A DNA stretch of 64,000 nucleotides from Alphaproteobacteria bacterium (GTDB taxonomy: Bacteria; Pseudomonadota; Alphaproteobacteria; MPNO01), in contig OZ219865.1 of the NCBI GenBank assembly GCA_964291675.2, forward strand, positions 256,001-320,000. Reading direction: 5' to 3'. Both the position numbers and the translations under genes were made by a program. The notes below the pieces were generated by a model. The model was not told the DNA's origin and searched no databases. It saw nothing but the letters and a program-made list of their open reading frames with translations. Positions 1-9,912 of this stretch are shown piece by piece. Position 1 is the stretch's first letter; every line of letters begins with the position of its first letter.

Positions 1-1112
1 AGCCCCGTGTTGGCGACGGCCGCGCCGGTCCCGGTCGCCACCGCCTGGGGCTGGAACGCCTGCGAGACGCCCTGGCCCAAGCCGGAGACCACGCCGGCGA
101 GGAACGCCTTCTCGACCAGCGCGCCCTCGCGGCTCACCACCGGGCCGCGCACGCCGGTCTTGCCGGAACCGGCGACGAAGCCCGCCACGTCGGTCTCGAT
201 CACCGTGCCCGGCTCCGGCCCGGCGCAGGTCATGGTGCGGAAGCGGACGTAGACCTTCTCGGAGGAGAGATCGCCGTGCGCCGCCCCGGTCACGGTGCAG
301 CCGTCGACGTCGACCTGCAGGGCGGTTCCGTCTTCCGCCGCGGTCCATGCCGGACCCGTGATCCTCAGCAGCACCGGGCGGGGATCACCCTGCGACGACA
401 CCCCGGCCGAGGCGTCGACGCCGGCCAGCACCAAAGCCTCCGCGTGGGCGCCGGCCGGCAGCCAGACGGAGACCGGCTTCGCAACAGCATCGGCCACCAG
501 TTCCGCTCCGCTCCGGGGCCTGCCCCGGACCCCGTTCCGGGGATCGGTAACGGACGATCGCGGCGAGCCCTCCAGCTCGAAGGTCTCGATCATGCGGCCC
601 GGCAGCGCCGGTCCCGGCTGCGCCTGTCCGCCGGTCGGCCGCGCGTTGCCCCGCGCGCGGAAATAGTCCCCGGAACCCGGCATGGCGCTCGGCTCGGTCC
701 CCGGTTGCGCGGGCGGTTGCATGCCGCGCCGCAGCTCGTCGATCAGCGCCGCCTGGCGGTCGATGACGCGGCGCGCGTCGGCAGCGTCCTCTTCCAGCTT
801 CGCACGCAGCCGGTCGTTGTCGCCCCGGAGGCTGCGCGCCTCCCGCTCCATCTCGCGCAGCTTCGTCTCGATCCCGCCGAGCCTGGCCTCCGAGCGCCGC
901 GTCCAGACCTTCTCGGCCGCGTCCGGCCCGGCGATCTCGGCCTCGATGCCGCCCCGCGGCGCACCTTCCTTGCCGCCGCCCATGCCGAGCCACGCGGCGA
1001 CCACGAGCAGCAGCAGGGCCGCGACCGCCGAGAACAGCAGCAACTGGCGCCGGCGCACGGCTTGCGCCTCGCCCGGGTCGCGCACGGGCCGCCGGTCGTC
1101 GGGGGCGGTCAT
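1..1112 (-). CDS. traB: F-type conjugative pilus assembly protein TraB (VirB10-like); runs off the window start
   Basis: Read by hand from ATG 1112, which overlaps the traK stop: MTAPDDRR...LLLFSAVAALLLLVVAAWLG (TM), a coiled coil, then WLPAGAHAEALVLAGVDA...GDLSSEKVYVR...GVRGPVVSREGAL. Position after traK matches the F-type order. Confidence 0.85.
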   Translation of the reverse strand, partial: MTAPDDRRPVRDPGEAQAVRRRQLLLFSAVAALLLLVVAAWLGMGGGKEGAPRGGIEAEIAGPDAAEKVWTRRSEARLGGIETKLREMEREARSLRGDNDRLRAKLEEDAADARRVIDRQAALIDELRRGMQPPAQPGTEPSAMPGSGDYFRARGNARPTGGQAQPGPALPGRMIETFELEGSPRSSVTDPRNGVRGRPRSGAELVADAVAKPVSVWLPAGAHAEALVLAGVDASAGVSSQGDPRPVLLRITGPAWTAAEDGTALQVDVDGCTVTGAAHGDLSSEKVYVRFRTMTCAGPEPGTVIETDVAGFVAGSGKTGVRGPVVSREGALVEKAFLAGVVSGLGQGVSQAFQPQAVATGTGAAVANTG

Positions 1113-1924
1113 CGCGGCTCTCCCGCCGGGCCGCTTTCCACGACCGCCACGGCAAGCCGTCCGCCCGCGGGCCCGGTGCCGGCCGACGCCAGCCAGAGCG
1201 CGGCAACACGCCCGACGCCCGACAGCCCCTCGATGGTCCCGGCGAGGCCCCCGCTGCCGTCCGCACCGTCCCCTGCCCCGGACCGCGATCCGGGAGCCTG
1301 CCCCGGACCCGATCCGGGGGATGCCGGACCGGCGGCCTCGAAAACGAGCGCCGCGAAGCGCGGGCCCCGCCAGGTCTCGATGAGCGTCAGTCCGCCAACG
1401 GACGGACCATGGCCAGCCTCTATCCCGTAGCCGGGCAGCGGCTCGCGCCTTGCGACCGACCGCACCAGCCCCACCAGCGCCGCGATGTGCGCATCGCCCG
1501 CCAATGCCGGGGCGGACGGCGCCACGTCCGACAGCGCCGCCGCGTCGCGGATCAGGATCTGCGCCGAGTCCCGGTTCGAGGCCGTCAGCGTCAACCGATA
1601 GGTGAAACCCTTTTCCGTGCCGATGAACAGCGTGACCGCGACCCCGTCCGAGACATCCAGGCCGGAGGGCCGGAGGTAGAGGTCGCCGGAGGACGCGTCG
1701 TGCTCGACCGCGAACCCGTCGGGCGAGCGCACCACCTTCGCGATCCGGTCGCCGGCGAGCGCGATGCGGTTGACGTCCGTCGCGGAGATTTCGGCCGCGA
1801 GCTCGGCATGGTCGGCGGCATCGAGGATCTGCATCGCCAGCGCGGGCGCCACAAGCGCGCCCATATACACAAGGTGTGCCGCGAGCAGCAGTGCGAACGG
1901 CCACCGCCGGTGCATCGATGTCAT
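1109..1924 (-). CDS. traK: F-type conjugative transfer secretin TraK
   Basis: Signal peptide, then AEISATDVNRIALAGDRIAKV...LFIGTEKGFTYRLTL. ATG overlaps the traE stop (ATGA). Confidence 0.85.
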   Translation of the reverse strand: MTSMHRRWPFALLLAAHLVYMGALVAPALAMQILDAADHAELAAEISATDVNRIALAGDRIAKVVRSPDGFAVEHDASSGDLYLRPSGLDVSDGVAVTLFIGTEKGFTYRLTLTASNRDSAQILIRDAAALSDVAPSAPALAGDAHIAALVGLVRSVARREPLPGYGIEAGHGPSVGGLTLIETWRGPRFAALVFEAAGPASPGSGPGQAPGSRSGAGDGADGSGGLAGTIEGLSGVGRVAALWLASAGTGPAGGRLAVAVVESGPAGEPR

Positions 1925-2493
1925 TTGCCAGTCTCCATCTGTTCGAAGCGCAGCAGGCCGATCCGCCCGGCGTCGATGCGGAAGGCGAGCCGGTAGCGCC
2001 GGTTCTCGCGCGCCGCTTCCTCGCGGCCGATCCAGGTCACGAGCTCGCCCGCGACCTCGACGCTGAGCCGCGCCGGGTCGGCCTCGATCTCTCCGGGATA
2101 GAAGGCGCTCGCCAGGTCGCGCCCGGCCATGCGGGCCGCCTCGGCCTCGACCCAGGCGCCGATCGCGCCCCGCGCCGAGGCGTGGGACAGCCGCGCCGCG
2201 GCCCGCCGCACATGGCCCGCGTTCTCCGGTGTCAGCGTGAGCAGCGTCACCGCGACGGTGCGCGCCATGTCTTCCAGATACCGCGCCCCGGCGGGACCCG
2301 TGCCGGCCGCGCCGCCGCCGACCTCCCAGGCCGGACCCGAGACCGCCGGCACCAGCACGGTGACGGTCTCGCGCCCGGCGAAGCCGACGGTGAGCGCCAG
2401 GTTTGCCGTCATCGACAGCGCCAGCAGAACGCCCAGCGCGAGGCGGACGTCCCGCACCCGGCGCAAGGCGATGTCCATGTCGCCGCGCCGCAT
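1921..2493 (-). CDS. traE: F-type conjugative transfer protein TraE
   Basis: TM segment, then TVLVPA...YLEDMARTVAVTLLTLTPENA...GELVTWIG; lies between traL and traK. Confidence 0.85.
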   Translation of the reverse strand: MRRGDMDIALRRVRDVRLALGVLLALSMTANLALTVGFAGRETVTVLVPAVSGPAWEVGGGAAGTGPAGARYLEDMARTVAVTLLTLTPENAGHVRRAAARLSHASARGAIGAWVEAEAARMAGRDLASAFYPGEIEADPARLSVEVAGELVTWIGREEAARENRRYRLAFRIDAGRIGLLRFEQMETGK

Positions 2494-2786
2494 CAGCCGA
2501 CATACCGACGGAGATGGGAGGGCGGTGTCGCCTTCAGGCGCAGCACGAAGTCGGGCAGGAACCAGTAGAGGGCGTAACGCGCGATGTTGGCCCCGCCGCC
2601 GCGCTTGACGCGCCGGAGCAGGAGCCAGCCGCCGACGCCGGCAACGAGGCCAGGCACGAACTGGTTGGCGGCAAGCCCGAGCAGCGCCGGGCCCATCAGC
2701 GCGGCGGCCTCGTCGACGGTCCAGAACAGCCAGCGCTCCGGGTCGTCGAGCCGGCGGGGAATGGTGTGGCGGGCGGTGTCGTTCAC
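2493..2786 (-). CDS. traL: F-type conjugative transfer protein TraL
   Basis: 97 aa with IPRRLDDPERWLFWTVDE...LYWFLP...PPSHLRRYVG, the TraL signature. Confidence 0.9.
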   Translation of the reverse strand: MNDTARHTIPRRLDDPERWLFWTVDEAAALMGPALLGLAANQFVPGLVAGVGGWLLLRRVKRGGGANIARYALYWFLPDFVLRLKATPPSHLRRYVG

Positions 2787-2803
2787 GGCTGCCGACCTTC
2801 GGC

Positions 2804-3136
2804 TCAGACGATCGCGGTGCCGACCAGGCCGGTGACGATGCCGGTGCCGGCGCCCGCGGCGATGCCGACACCCACCGCGCCCATCAGCTGCATCGGGTTG
2901 AAGCGCAGCACCGAGCCCACCAGGGCGGCGCCGACGGCGAGCGCCGCGGCGAGCTGGCCGCCGGTGCCGCCGACGATCCCCTCCACCGTGCCGAGCGGCC
3001 CGCCGAAGGTGGTGTCGGTGGTCGCCAGCGCCATGTCCGGCCCCGCCAGCAGCGCCGCCAGGGCGATCCCCGCGGCCGCCGCGGTCCGGAGCGTTGCCAT
3101 GCCCGGAGCCGCCGCCCGGCCGGCCCCTGGTCTCAT
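2804..3136 (-). CDS. traA: Conjugative pilin TraA
   Basis: 110 aa with a leader and two Gly/Ala-rich hydrophobic helices; immediately upstream of traL; start overlaps the excisionase stop. Confidence 0.75.
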   Translation of the reverse strand: MRPGAGRAAAPGMATLRTAAAAGIALAALLAGPDMALATTDTTFGGPLGTVEGIVGGTGGQLAAALAVGAALVGSVLRFNPMQLMGAVGVGIAAGAGTGIVTGLVGTAIV

Positions 3137-3357
3137 CGGTCGTCCCCCTCGATCGCGCTGCCGTCGTCCGAGGTCGACTTGCGCCGCCGCGTCCTCACCC
3201 AGGCGTCGAGGTCCTCCATCAGATAGCGGACCCGGCCGCCGAACTTCAGGAACACCGGCCCGTCGCCCGACACCCGGTAGCGGTCCAGCGTGCGCGTCGA
3301 CAGGCCGAGATGCGCGGCCGCCTCGCGCGTGTTGAGATAGGCGCTCTTCCCGGTCAT
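3133..3357 (-). CDS. Excisionase / RdfS-AlpA-like helix-turn-helix protein
   Basis: YLNTREAAAHLGLSTRTLDRYRVSGDGPVFLKFGGRVRY...LDAW...STSD; GGAG-rich RBS upstream. Confidence 0.85.
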   Translation of the reverse strand: MTGKSAYLNTREAAAHLGLSTRTLDRYRVSGDGPVFLKFGGRVRYLMEDLDAWVRTRRRKSTSDDGSAIEGDDR

Positions 3358-3471
3358 TCCCTTCTCCTCCTGCTCTTGCCTGCCCCGGCCGGCGAGCCGG
3401 GGTGCGCCGCGTCCGGACGGACCCGGTCCCATGCGAGGGCCAAGCGAAGCGGAGAAGGGCGGTTCCGGGGA

Positions 3472-3535
3472 AGGTCGTTTTCGGCGGGGGAAAACGGTCC
3501 ACAGTCTCGACGCCAACCGACGCCAACCGACGCCA
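3472..3535. promoter_or_regulatory. Inverted repeat plus 10-bp direct repeats upstream of the rdfS-tra operon
   Basis: CGTTTTC-N7-GAAAACG at ~3476-3496; CGACGCCAAC x2.8 at 3508-3535. Confidence 0.5.
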
Positions 3536-3757
3536 CGCGGCGACAGCGCGACGGGAGCCCGGCGCCGGGGCCGCGACGGCGGCGCCGCGCCGGACGGGAG
3601 TCGGGTCGGCGGTCTTCGGCGGACGACGCCGCGCCCAAAACCGTCGCTCTTGTCTTGAGAAAGCGCGGGTGGCGTCCGGGAGAGACGGCGCGTGCGGGCG
3701 GCCGGCCCGGAAGCCGGTTCGGGAGCCCGGAGAGGGCAGACCCCCGGTCGGCGCGGG

Positions 3758-4542
3758 CTACGGGCCGGACGCGTCTCCGGCGCCGCGGGCCATCTCCCGG
3801 TACCGCATCGCGACCGCCCTGGCGTTCCTCAGCCGGCGCCCGATCCGCGAGTGCATCCAGCCGCCGACGTAATACTCATTCCCGGCCCGGTCCGGGCCCC
3901 AGATCGCCGCGGCGATCTCCGCGTACGTCCGGCCCTCCGCGCTCCCTTCCAGGGCGGCCAGCAACTCGCGATCCCCGTCCCCCGTACCCGCCCCGGCGGA
4001 GGGGCCGGGACGCCGGACCAAACATCCTCGATCCTGACGACCGCGCGCACCAGCTCCAGCCCGCCGTCCTCCGGGAACGCCGCGCCGCCGGGAAGGCGGA
4101 CCTGGACCGCCGCACCGGGCCGCTCGATCTTCAGCACCAGCGCGCCGTCCGCCAGCCGCAACCCCTCGATCGAGGCGCCGCCCGCCTCCGCCAGCGCGGC
4201 CAGCGGCGCCGCATCCCGCACCGCCCTGCCGTCCGCCATCGGACCCCGCGCCCAGAAGGGGGAGACGATACCGTTCTCTGCCCGGGGGTCTTCCCAGGCC
4301 AGCAGGCCCCAGTCGCGGGCGGCGAGGTCCGCCGCCGTCTGGAGCCTGACCGGAAAGGGTGCCGCCTCCGGCAGGCCGGGGGGCGGAAGGCGGCGCAGCC
4401 ACGCCCCGCGATAGCCCCAACTCGCCCGGATGAAGCTCCAGGCGCGGACCGGGTCCCAGACGGCCGGCAACCCGCGGCGCCGTCCGCCGCGGGCCGGGCC
4501 GGACCCGGCCGGCGGATCCCCGTCCGAGTCCTCCGGGGTCAC
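3758..4542 (-). CDS. FseA-like (DUF6499 + DUF2285) transcriptional activator split by a -1 frameshift
   Basis: Frame 4542..3829 has AWSFIRASWGYRGAW and WGL (DUF6499-like). Frame ending at 3758 has LAALEGSAEGRTYAEIAAAIWG...SRIGRRLRNAR...YR (DUF2285 HTH). Confidence 0.7.
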
Positions 4543-4594
4543 GGGCTTCGCTCCCGGCGTCGGGGCCGGGCCGCTCTTCGGCGCGGCCGCCGCG

Positions 4595-7500
4595 CTACCA
4601 CCGGATGCTGCTTCGGAGCATCACCCCATGCTCGGCCGGTTCGTCGGCGTTGGCGGCCTCGCGGCGGGTCGCGTCGAGATTGACCTCGAACCCGGGATCG
4701 CCCCGCACCGCCGAGGTCAGCCGCCAGCCCAGGCGATACTCGCGCGCCGTGTCCGACAGCCCGAACCCGACATGGGGCGTGCCGGTGAAGCGGTCGCCGA
4801 ACAACACCATGCCGTAGCCCATTTCCGCATCGAGCCGGCTCGACGGGTCCGTCTCGCCGTTCGCTGTCAGCCGCGACGACTCGGGAAGCGCCCACAGACG
4901 CTGCGAGCCGCCCGGATCGACGCCATAAGACGGCGTGAGCGACGCCGAGAGACCCCGCCCGGCGCCGCCCGGCACCAGCCGGACCTGCCCCGACACGCCC
5001 CATTCCTCGTAGCCCTGCTCGGCATGCATCGCCAGGCCGTGCACCCGAAGCGCCATGTCGAGACCCCGCGTCGGGTCCGCGTAGCCGAGACCGGCGCCGA
5101 ACTCCATGCCCGTCCCGGTCTCCGCGTCGCCCCCGTCCTGGCGCACACCGAGCTCGACGGAGGGGCTCAGTGTCGCCCCGCCCGCCAGCGCGAAGGTGCG
5201 CGAGCCGTCGAGCATCGCCCGCATCCGGCTCGCCTCGCCCTGCGCCGCCGCGAGGTTCCCCACGCCCGGCGCCGAGACCCGGTCCGACTCCGTGCGCACC
5301 CAGAACGCGTCCGCCTTCAGCGCCAGCGCGAAGCCGCCCGCCTCCGCCGGCGTCACCAGGTCGCCCCGCACGCCCGTCGCAGCAAGCGTCATCGTGAGAT
5401 CCGTGCGGTAGCGCTGCGCCACGCCGCCGTCGAGGTCGAGCGTCATCCGGCCCGTGCCGGTCCCCGCCATGCCCCACGCCGACACACGCTCGGTGAGCTT
5501 GAGCCGCGCATAGGGCAGCATCGTCGTCACCGTGCTCCCCATCGCGTAGCGCCACTCCCCGTCGCGCGCCGTGCCTTCGCCCACGCTGTGCATCATCGCG
5601 AACCCGGTCAGCAGACGGCCCCGCTCGTAGTCGAAGCCCATCGAGCCGGTCGCCGCCTCGCCGGTCAGCCCGAGGCCTTGCGCGCCGGCCGAGAACTGCG
5701 ACACAGACGCGCCCTGGCCCCAGCTCGTGAACTGCGACCCCGCGCCCGCCGGAAGCACCGCCCGGAACGACGTCCCCATCAACAGCTCGCGCTCCGTCAC
5801 CCGGCGTCCGCCTGCGGTCGTGGCCGGCTCGTTCCACATGCCGGACGTGCCGGGGCGCGCGAACGGGTCGCCTGCCTCGAACCCCGTTCCGGGGTCGTCC
5901 TGCGCCGCATTCGGCGCGCCGAACGCCTGCGCGAGACCCGTCAGCACGCCCGCCAGCACCTTCGCTCCGGCCTGCGATCCGTCGCCGGCCTGCGACAGGT
6001 TCACCCGCTCACCGAGCATCGTCAGGTGCGAGCCCGCCGCGCGCGGCGTCTCGAACCGCGCCGTCAGCGCCGCCACCGCGTCCGAGGCCACCGTGCGCCC
6101 GAAGCGCGACAGCCACATCGCCTGCAGCGGGTCCTCGTTGCGGATGACGCCCTTCGCCTTGCGGTGCATGTTGCGCAGGAACGCGCCCTGTGGATTGGAG
6201 AGCTTGAGGAGGAACGTCTCCTTCCCCTCGTCGATGGCGTCGTCGAGGATGGCGACGCTCACCGACTTCGCCGTCTCGCCCGGCGCGAAGGTCAGCGTGC
6301 CCGACGCGGCCGTGTAGTCCGCGCCCGCCTTCGCCGTGCCGTCGGCGGTCGTGTAGTCCACCGACACCGCTGCTGACGCCGCGCGGTTGAGCGTCACCGC
6401 GAAGTCCAGGGTCGCGTCCCGGCCCTCGCGCGCCGTGCCGCCCTTCAGCTGGATCTGCGCCGGGCCGCCGACAGTCGCGCTCGCCGCGTTCGACAGCACC
6501 TGCCCGCCGGACGCACACACCGCGCCCGTCTCGCCGCAGCCGCGACCGCCCGCCAGCGTCACCGTCACGTCTCTCCAAGAGGCGGGCTTCACCCGCACAC
6601 GCCAGAGGCCCGGCTCGACCCGCTGGACCCGTTTCACCTTGGCCTTGGACGCCCCGAACGACGCTACGGTCGGCGCCACGCCGTCGGCGCCCAGCGCCGT
6701 GCTGAACCGCACCAGGAACGAGAAGGCCGCCTTGCCGTCGTGCTGCGAAGGCATCCTCTCGAACGACGCCGTCAGCGGCGGCGGAGCCGGATCGTCGTTG
6801 TCCGTCACCGCCACCGTGGCTGCCCCTTGCGACGACGAGACCGTGTAGCCGCTGCCGGCCGTGACCGTCGCCGTCACCGACCCGTCCGGCTCGTCCGCAC
6901 CGTCATCGACGGTCGCCACCGTGAAGGTCGCCGTGCCGCCGGTCGGGACCGTCACCTGCCGCGTTCCCGCCGTCGCGTAACCGCCGGACTCCGTCACCGT
7001 CACATCGACCGTGAGCGCGGCCGCCGGAGCCGGACTCGCCGTGAGGGTGAAAGTCGCACTTCCGCCCTCGGTCACGCCCGCGCCCGCGGAAATGGAGACC
7101 TCCGGCGTGTCGGGCGTCACCTGTTCCTGGATGGTCACCGTATGTGTGCTGCTCTCGCCCACCGTGTATCCGGCGCTGTTGGTGGTGAGTTTCAGGACGA
7201 TGGTCTCACCGCTGTCGTCCACGTCGTCGTCGACGATCGTCACCGGGATGGTCGCGGTCGTCGCACCAGACGGTACCGATACTGAGCCGGACCCGAGACG
7301 ATAGTCAGCACCGTAGGTCGCAGTGCCGCTTCCTACCCCGCTGGACACGTTGGATACGTACACGTCAATGGGATAGGTGGGGGCCGCGGACAGGTTTATC
7401 GTCACGTTATGCGTGCCCGATTCCTCCTGCGCGCTCGATGCCTGCGATGCGAACGACGCCACAGGCGGGTCGTCATTGTCGAGGATTCTGGCAGTTACGT

Positions 7501-9826
7501 GTCTGTCAAAGCGACTGTTACTGGACCGCAACGTGCGAAACACGGCGTTCGTCGGATTCGACAGTTCCAGGTAGAGTTCCTCCGTGCCCTCGTACCCACT
7601 GTCATCCGTCGTCGACACGTTTACCGTCTTCTCGGTTTGGTGCGCCGCGAACGTCAGAGTTCCCGACGTCGCGACGTAGTCGACCCCGCTTGTCGCCGTA
7701 CCGCAGTTGTTACCGCTGAGGCATCGGATTCCTCGCGCTTGGTATTGGACCGTCACCGTCTGCTCAGTTGGGGCTGACAGGCGCACGGTAAACGTGACGG
7801 GTTTGCCTTCAACGGCGTCCGTTGATGCCTTCACCGCCACATACGGCGAGCCGTCGACATCGGTGTCGGCGTCAGTGATCGTGCCCGTCGCCGTCGCGTC
7901 GCCCAGCGTCGCGCGTATCGGGTTCGACAACGTCACCGTGAACGTTTTGTTCCCCTCATCCGAACGGTCGCGCCGCGTCGTCGGCACGTGCAGATACTTG
8001 AGTCTGTCACCCGGCTGAAATACCAGCGCACCAGCCCTGGGGGTAAAGTCCGCCCCACTCTGTGCGGTGCCGCTCGATGTCGTGTATTGGACCGAAACCT
8101 GCCGGTCGCTACGCTTCGACAGCGACACACGAAAGATCATCAAACCACCCGCGTCGACATTCGAATCCAGCTCCTGCCAGAATCCGACTGTCGGCAAGTC
8201 ACTCGGCGAAGGCGCCGGAGCTGTCCCGTCGTCGTCGTCAATGATGGTTCCCGTCCCCGTCGCGTCGCCCAGCGTCGCGTTTCTCGGGTTCGACAACCTC
8301 ATGGTAAATGTCTCATCCTCCTCGTCGATGTCGTCATCCGCTGTGACTACGCGCAAAGTGTACGAGGGGGGCCTCTGCTCAGTGCCGCCGCCGAAGGCCA
8401 ACTGCGTCGCCTCCGGTCTCTCGAAGTCGGAGAACGTCGCCGTGTCACCGGGTCCCACCTCCGGATTGAAATCAACGTATACCGTCCGGCCAGTGGGCGC
8501 CGACAGGGAAATTGTGAATTCGACCTTACCTCCCTCGGTCGCGCTCCCATCGGAAATGCTCACCGTCGGCGGAGGGTCGTCGTCGACGATTTTGCCTGTT
8601 CTCCTCAAATAGCCCCCCGACGAGTTTAGTCGCGCATTCGTCGGGTTCGACAGGCGCAGATAGAATAGCTCGTTCCATTCGTACGCCGAGTCGCTCGTTG
8701 TCGATACACGCACCGTCTTTCTTGTTTCGCCTGGGGCGAAACTCAGCGTTCCGGACGCCGCAGTGAAGTCTTTTCCGCTCTGCGCATTGCTTCTTACCCT
8801 GTCCGCGCCACTCTCGGTTGCGTATTGAACTGTCACCGGTCGATCGCTCGTTGCCGACAGAAATACCTCAAACGCAATCTCGTCTCCCTCCGCCACGTTG
8901 TTGCCGATCGCGTCCACCCTAGGGGTCTGAGCTGCCACCGCGTCGCTGTTGTTGGTGATCCGGCCCGTTGCTGTCGCGCTCCCGAGCGTCGGATGTGTCG
9001 AGCTCGACAATGTCAACGTGAACGTCTCGTCTCCCTCCTGCACGGTGTCGTGGGTCGTCGGTACGCGCACGACCTGCGAGTGCTCATGTGTGCGTTCCCC
9101 TCCATGCCAGAACACCAACGTGCCTGACGTCGCGAGGAAGTCCGTCCCGCTCGCGGCCGTCCCGCTCGAAGTCGCGTACTCGACCCTCACCGGTTGCCAC
9201 ACCGGTTGCGGGAACTGCCCTGATAGCGTGACGACGAAGTTCACTGCCTGGCCCTCCCGAGCCTCGGCGGGCGATACGCTCACCGTTAGCGGCGTGGCGG
9301 TGGTCCCCGAGTCCGCAACCGCCAGGGTAGGTGCAATCAGGAACGTTGCTGCGAGCAGCAACCCCGCGAGCCAAACAGGCCGTGGAATGAACATGCCGTT
9401 CGCTCCGCCGGTGCAGAAGAGTCGCAGCAGGCTGCACAGCGCGGATTGGCCGTGCTTCCGTCGCAGGGGGGACCGCGAACGAGCCTTTCGAGGATAGAAG
9501 AAGTCCGGTAGTGCAGGAGGCGACGACCGGCGGAACGGGCATAACGCGCCGAGCAGCAGTCCCAGGGCGGGGAGAAGGGAGAGACGGGCGCACCAGCGCC
9601 CGGGGCGTGGCTCAGGGCCGCACGGGGCGCCTGTCGAGGAAGCCGGCATTCGCGCGCCGGGCGGGCGCCGGACGCATGTCATGCCGCTGGGCCGCCGGGC
9701 AATTATACGCACGCGAGTCACGAGCTCGGCGAACAAGTCGGAGCCGCAGGTCGGCGCCTCCTTGGCAGGCAGTCCCGAACCCCTTCCCGAAGCGGTGGAC
9801 GACTTGCTTTCCAACACTCGCAACAT
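4595..9826 (-). CDS. Large Calx-beta repeat autotransporter adhesin (1743 aa; alternative start at 9394)
   Basis: Multiple V.Y.T.SGTA..G.DF...SGTL.F repeats; C-terminal beta-barrel region (WLSRFGRT...ending RSSIRW); AGGAGG RBS before ATG 9826. Confidence 0.85.
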   Translation of the reverse strand: MLRVLESKSSTASGRGSGLPAKEAPTCGSDLFAELVTRVRIIARRPSGMTCVRRPPGARMPASSTGAPCGPEPRPGRWCARLSLLPALGLLLGALCPFRRSSPPALPDFFYPRKARSRSPLRRKHGQSALCSLLRLFCTGGANGMFIPRPVWLAGLLLAATFLIAPTLAVADSGTTATPLTVSVSPAEAREGQAVNFVVTLSGQFPQPVWQPVRVEYATSSGTAASGTDFLATSGTLVFWHGGERTHEHSQVVRVPTTHDTVQEGDETFTLTLSSSTHPTLGSATATGRITNNSDAVAAQTPRVDAIGNNVAEGDEIAFEVFLSATSDRPVTVQYATESGADRVRSNAQSGKDFTAASGTLSFAPGETRKTVRVSTTSDSAYEWNELFYLRLSNPTNARLNSSGGYLRRTGKIVDDDPPPTVSISDGSATEGGKVEFTISLSAPTGRTVYVDFNPEVGPGDTATFSDFERPEATQLAFGGGTEQRPPSYTLRVVTADDDIDEEDETFTMRLSNPRNATLGDATGTGTIIDDDDGTAPAPSPSDLPTVGFWQELDSNVDAGGLMIFRVSLSKRSDRQVSVQYTTSSGTAQSGADFTPRAGALVFQPGDRLKYLHVPTTRRDRSDEGNKTFTVTLSNPIRATLGDATATGTITDADTDVDGSPYVAVKASTDAVEGKPVTFTVRLSAPTEQTVTVQYQARGIRCLSGNNCGTATSGVDYVATSGTLTFAAHQTEKTVNVSTTDDSGYEGTEELYLELSNPTNAVFRTLRSSNSRFDRHVTARILDNDDPPVASFASQASSAQEESGTHNVTINLSAAPTYPIDVYVSNVSSGVGSGTATYGADYRLGSGSVSVPSGATTATIPVTIVDDDVDDSGETIVLKLTTNSAGYTVGESSTHTVTIQEQVTPDTPEVSISAGAGVTEGGSATFTLTASPAPAAALTVDVTVTESGGYATAGTRQVTVPTGGTATFTVATVDDGADEPDGSVTATVTAGSGYTVSSSQGAATVAVTDNDDPAPPPLTASFERMPSQHDGKAAFSFLVRFSTALGADGVAPTVASFGASKAKVKRVQRVEPGLWRVRVKPASWRDVTVTLAGGRGCGETGAVCASGGQVLSNAASATVGGPAQIQLKGGTAREGRDATLDFAVTLNRAASAAVSVDYTTADGTAKAGADYTAASGTLTFAPGETAKSVSVAILDDAIDEGKETFLLKLSNPQGAFLRNMHRKAKGVIRNEDPLQAMWLSRFGRTVASDAVAALTARFETPRAAGSHLTMLGERVNLSQAGDGSQAGAKVLAGVLTGLAQAFGAPNAAQDDPGTGFEAGDPFARPGTSGMWNEPATTAGGRRVTERELLMGTSFRAVLPAGAGSQFTSWGQGASVSQFSAGAQGLGLTGEAATGSMGFDYERGRLLTGFAMMHSVGEGTARDGEWRYAMGSTVTTMLPYARLKLTERVSAWGMAGTGTGRMTLDLDGGVAQRYRTDLTMTLAATGVRGDLVTPAEAGGFALALKADAFWVRTESDRVSAPGVGNLAAAQGEASRMRAMLDGSRTFALAGGATLSPSVELGVRQDGGDAETGTGMEFGAGLGYADPTRGLDMALRVHGLAMHAEQGYEEWGVSGQVRLVPGGAGRGLSASLTPSYGVDPGGSQRLWALPESSRLTANGETDPSSRLDAEMGYGMVLFGDRFTGTPHVGFGLSDTAREYRLGWRLTSAVRGDPGFEVNLDATRREAANADEPAEHGVMLRSSIRW

Positions 9827-9841
9827 CGCTGGCTCCTCCTG

Positions 9842-9875
9842 ATTACGCGCGATAACTGTCGCTATCGCGCGTAAT
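9842..9875. other. lox-like recombination site 1 (13-8-13)
   Basis: ATTACGCGCGATA-ACTGTCGC-TATCGCGCGTAAT; perfect 13-bp inverted arms (14 with the flanking G/C). Confidence 0.85.
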
Positions 9876-9912
9876 CCGCCGGCTCGTGATTGGACGATCC
9901 GGAGGCCCGCGT

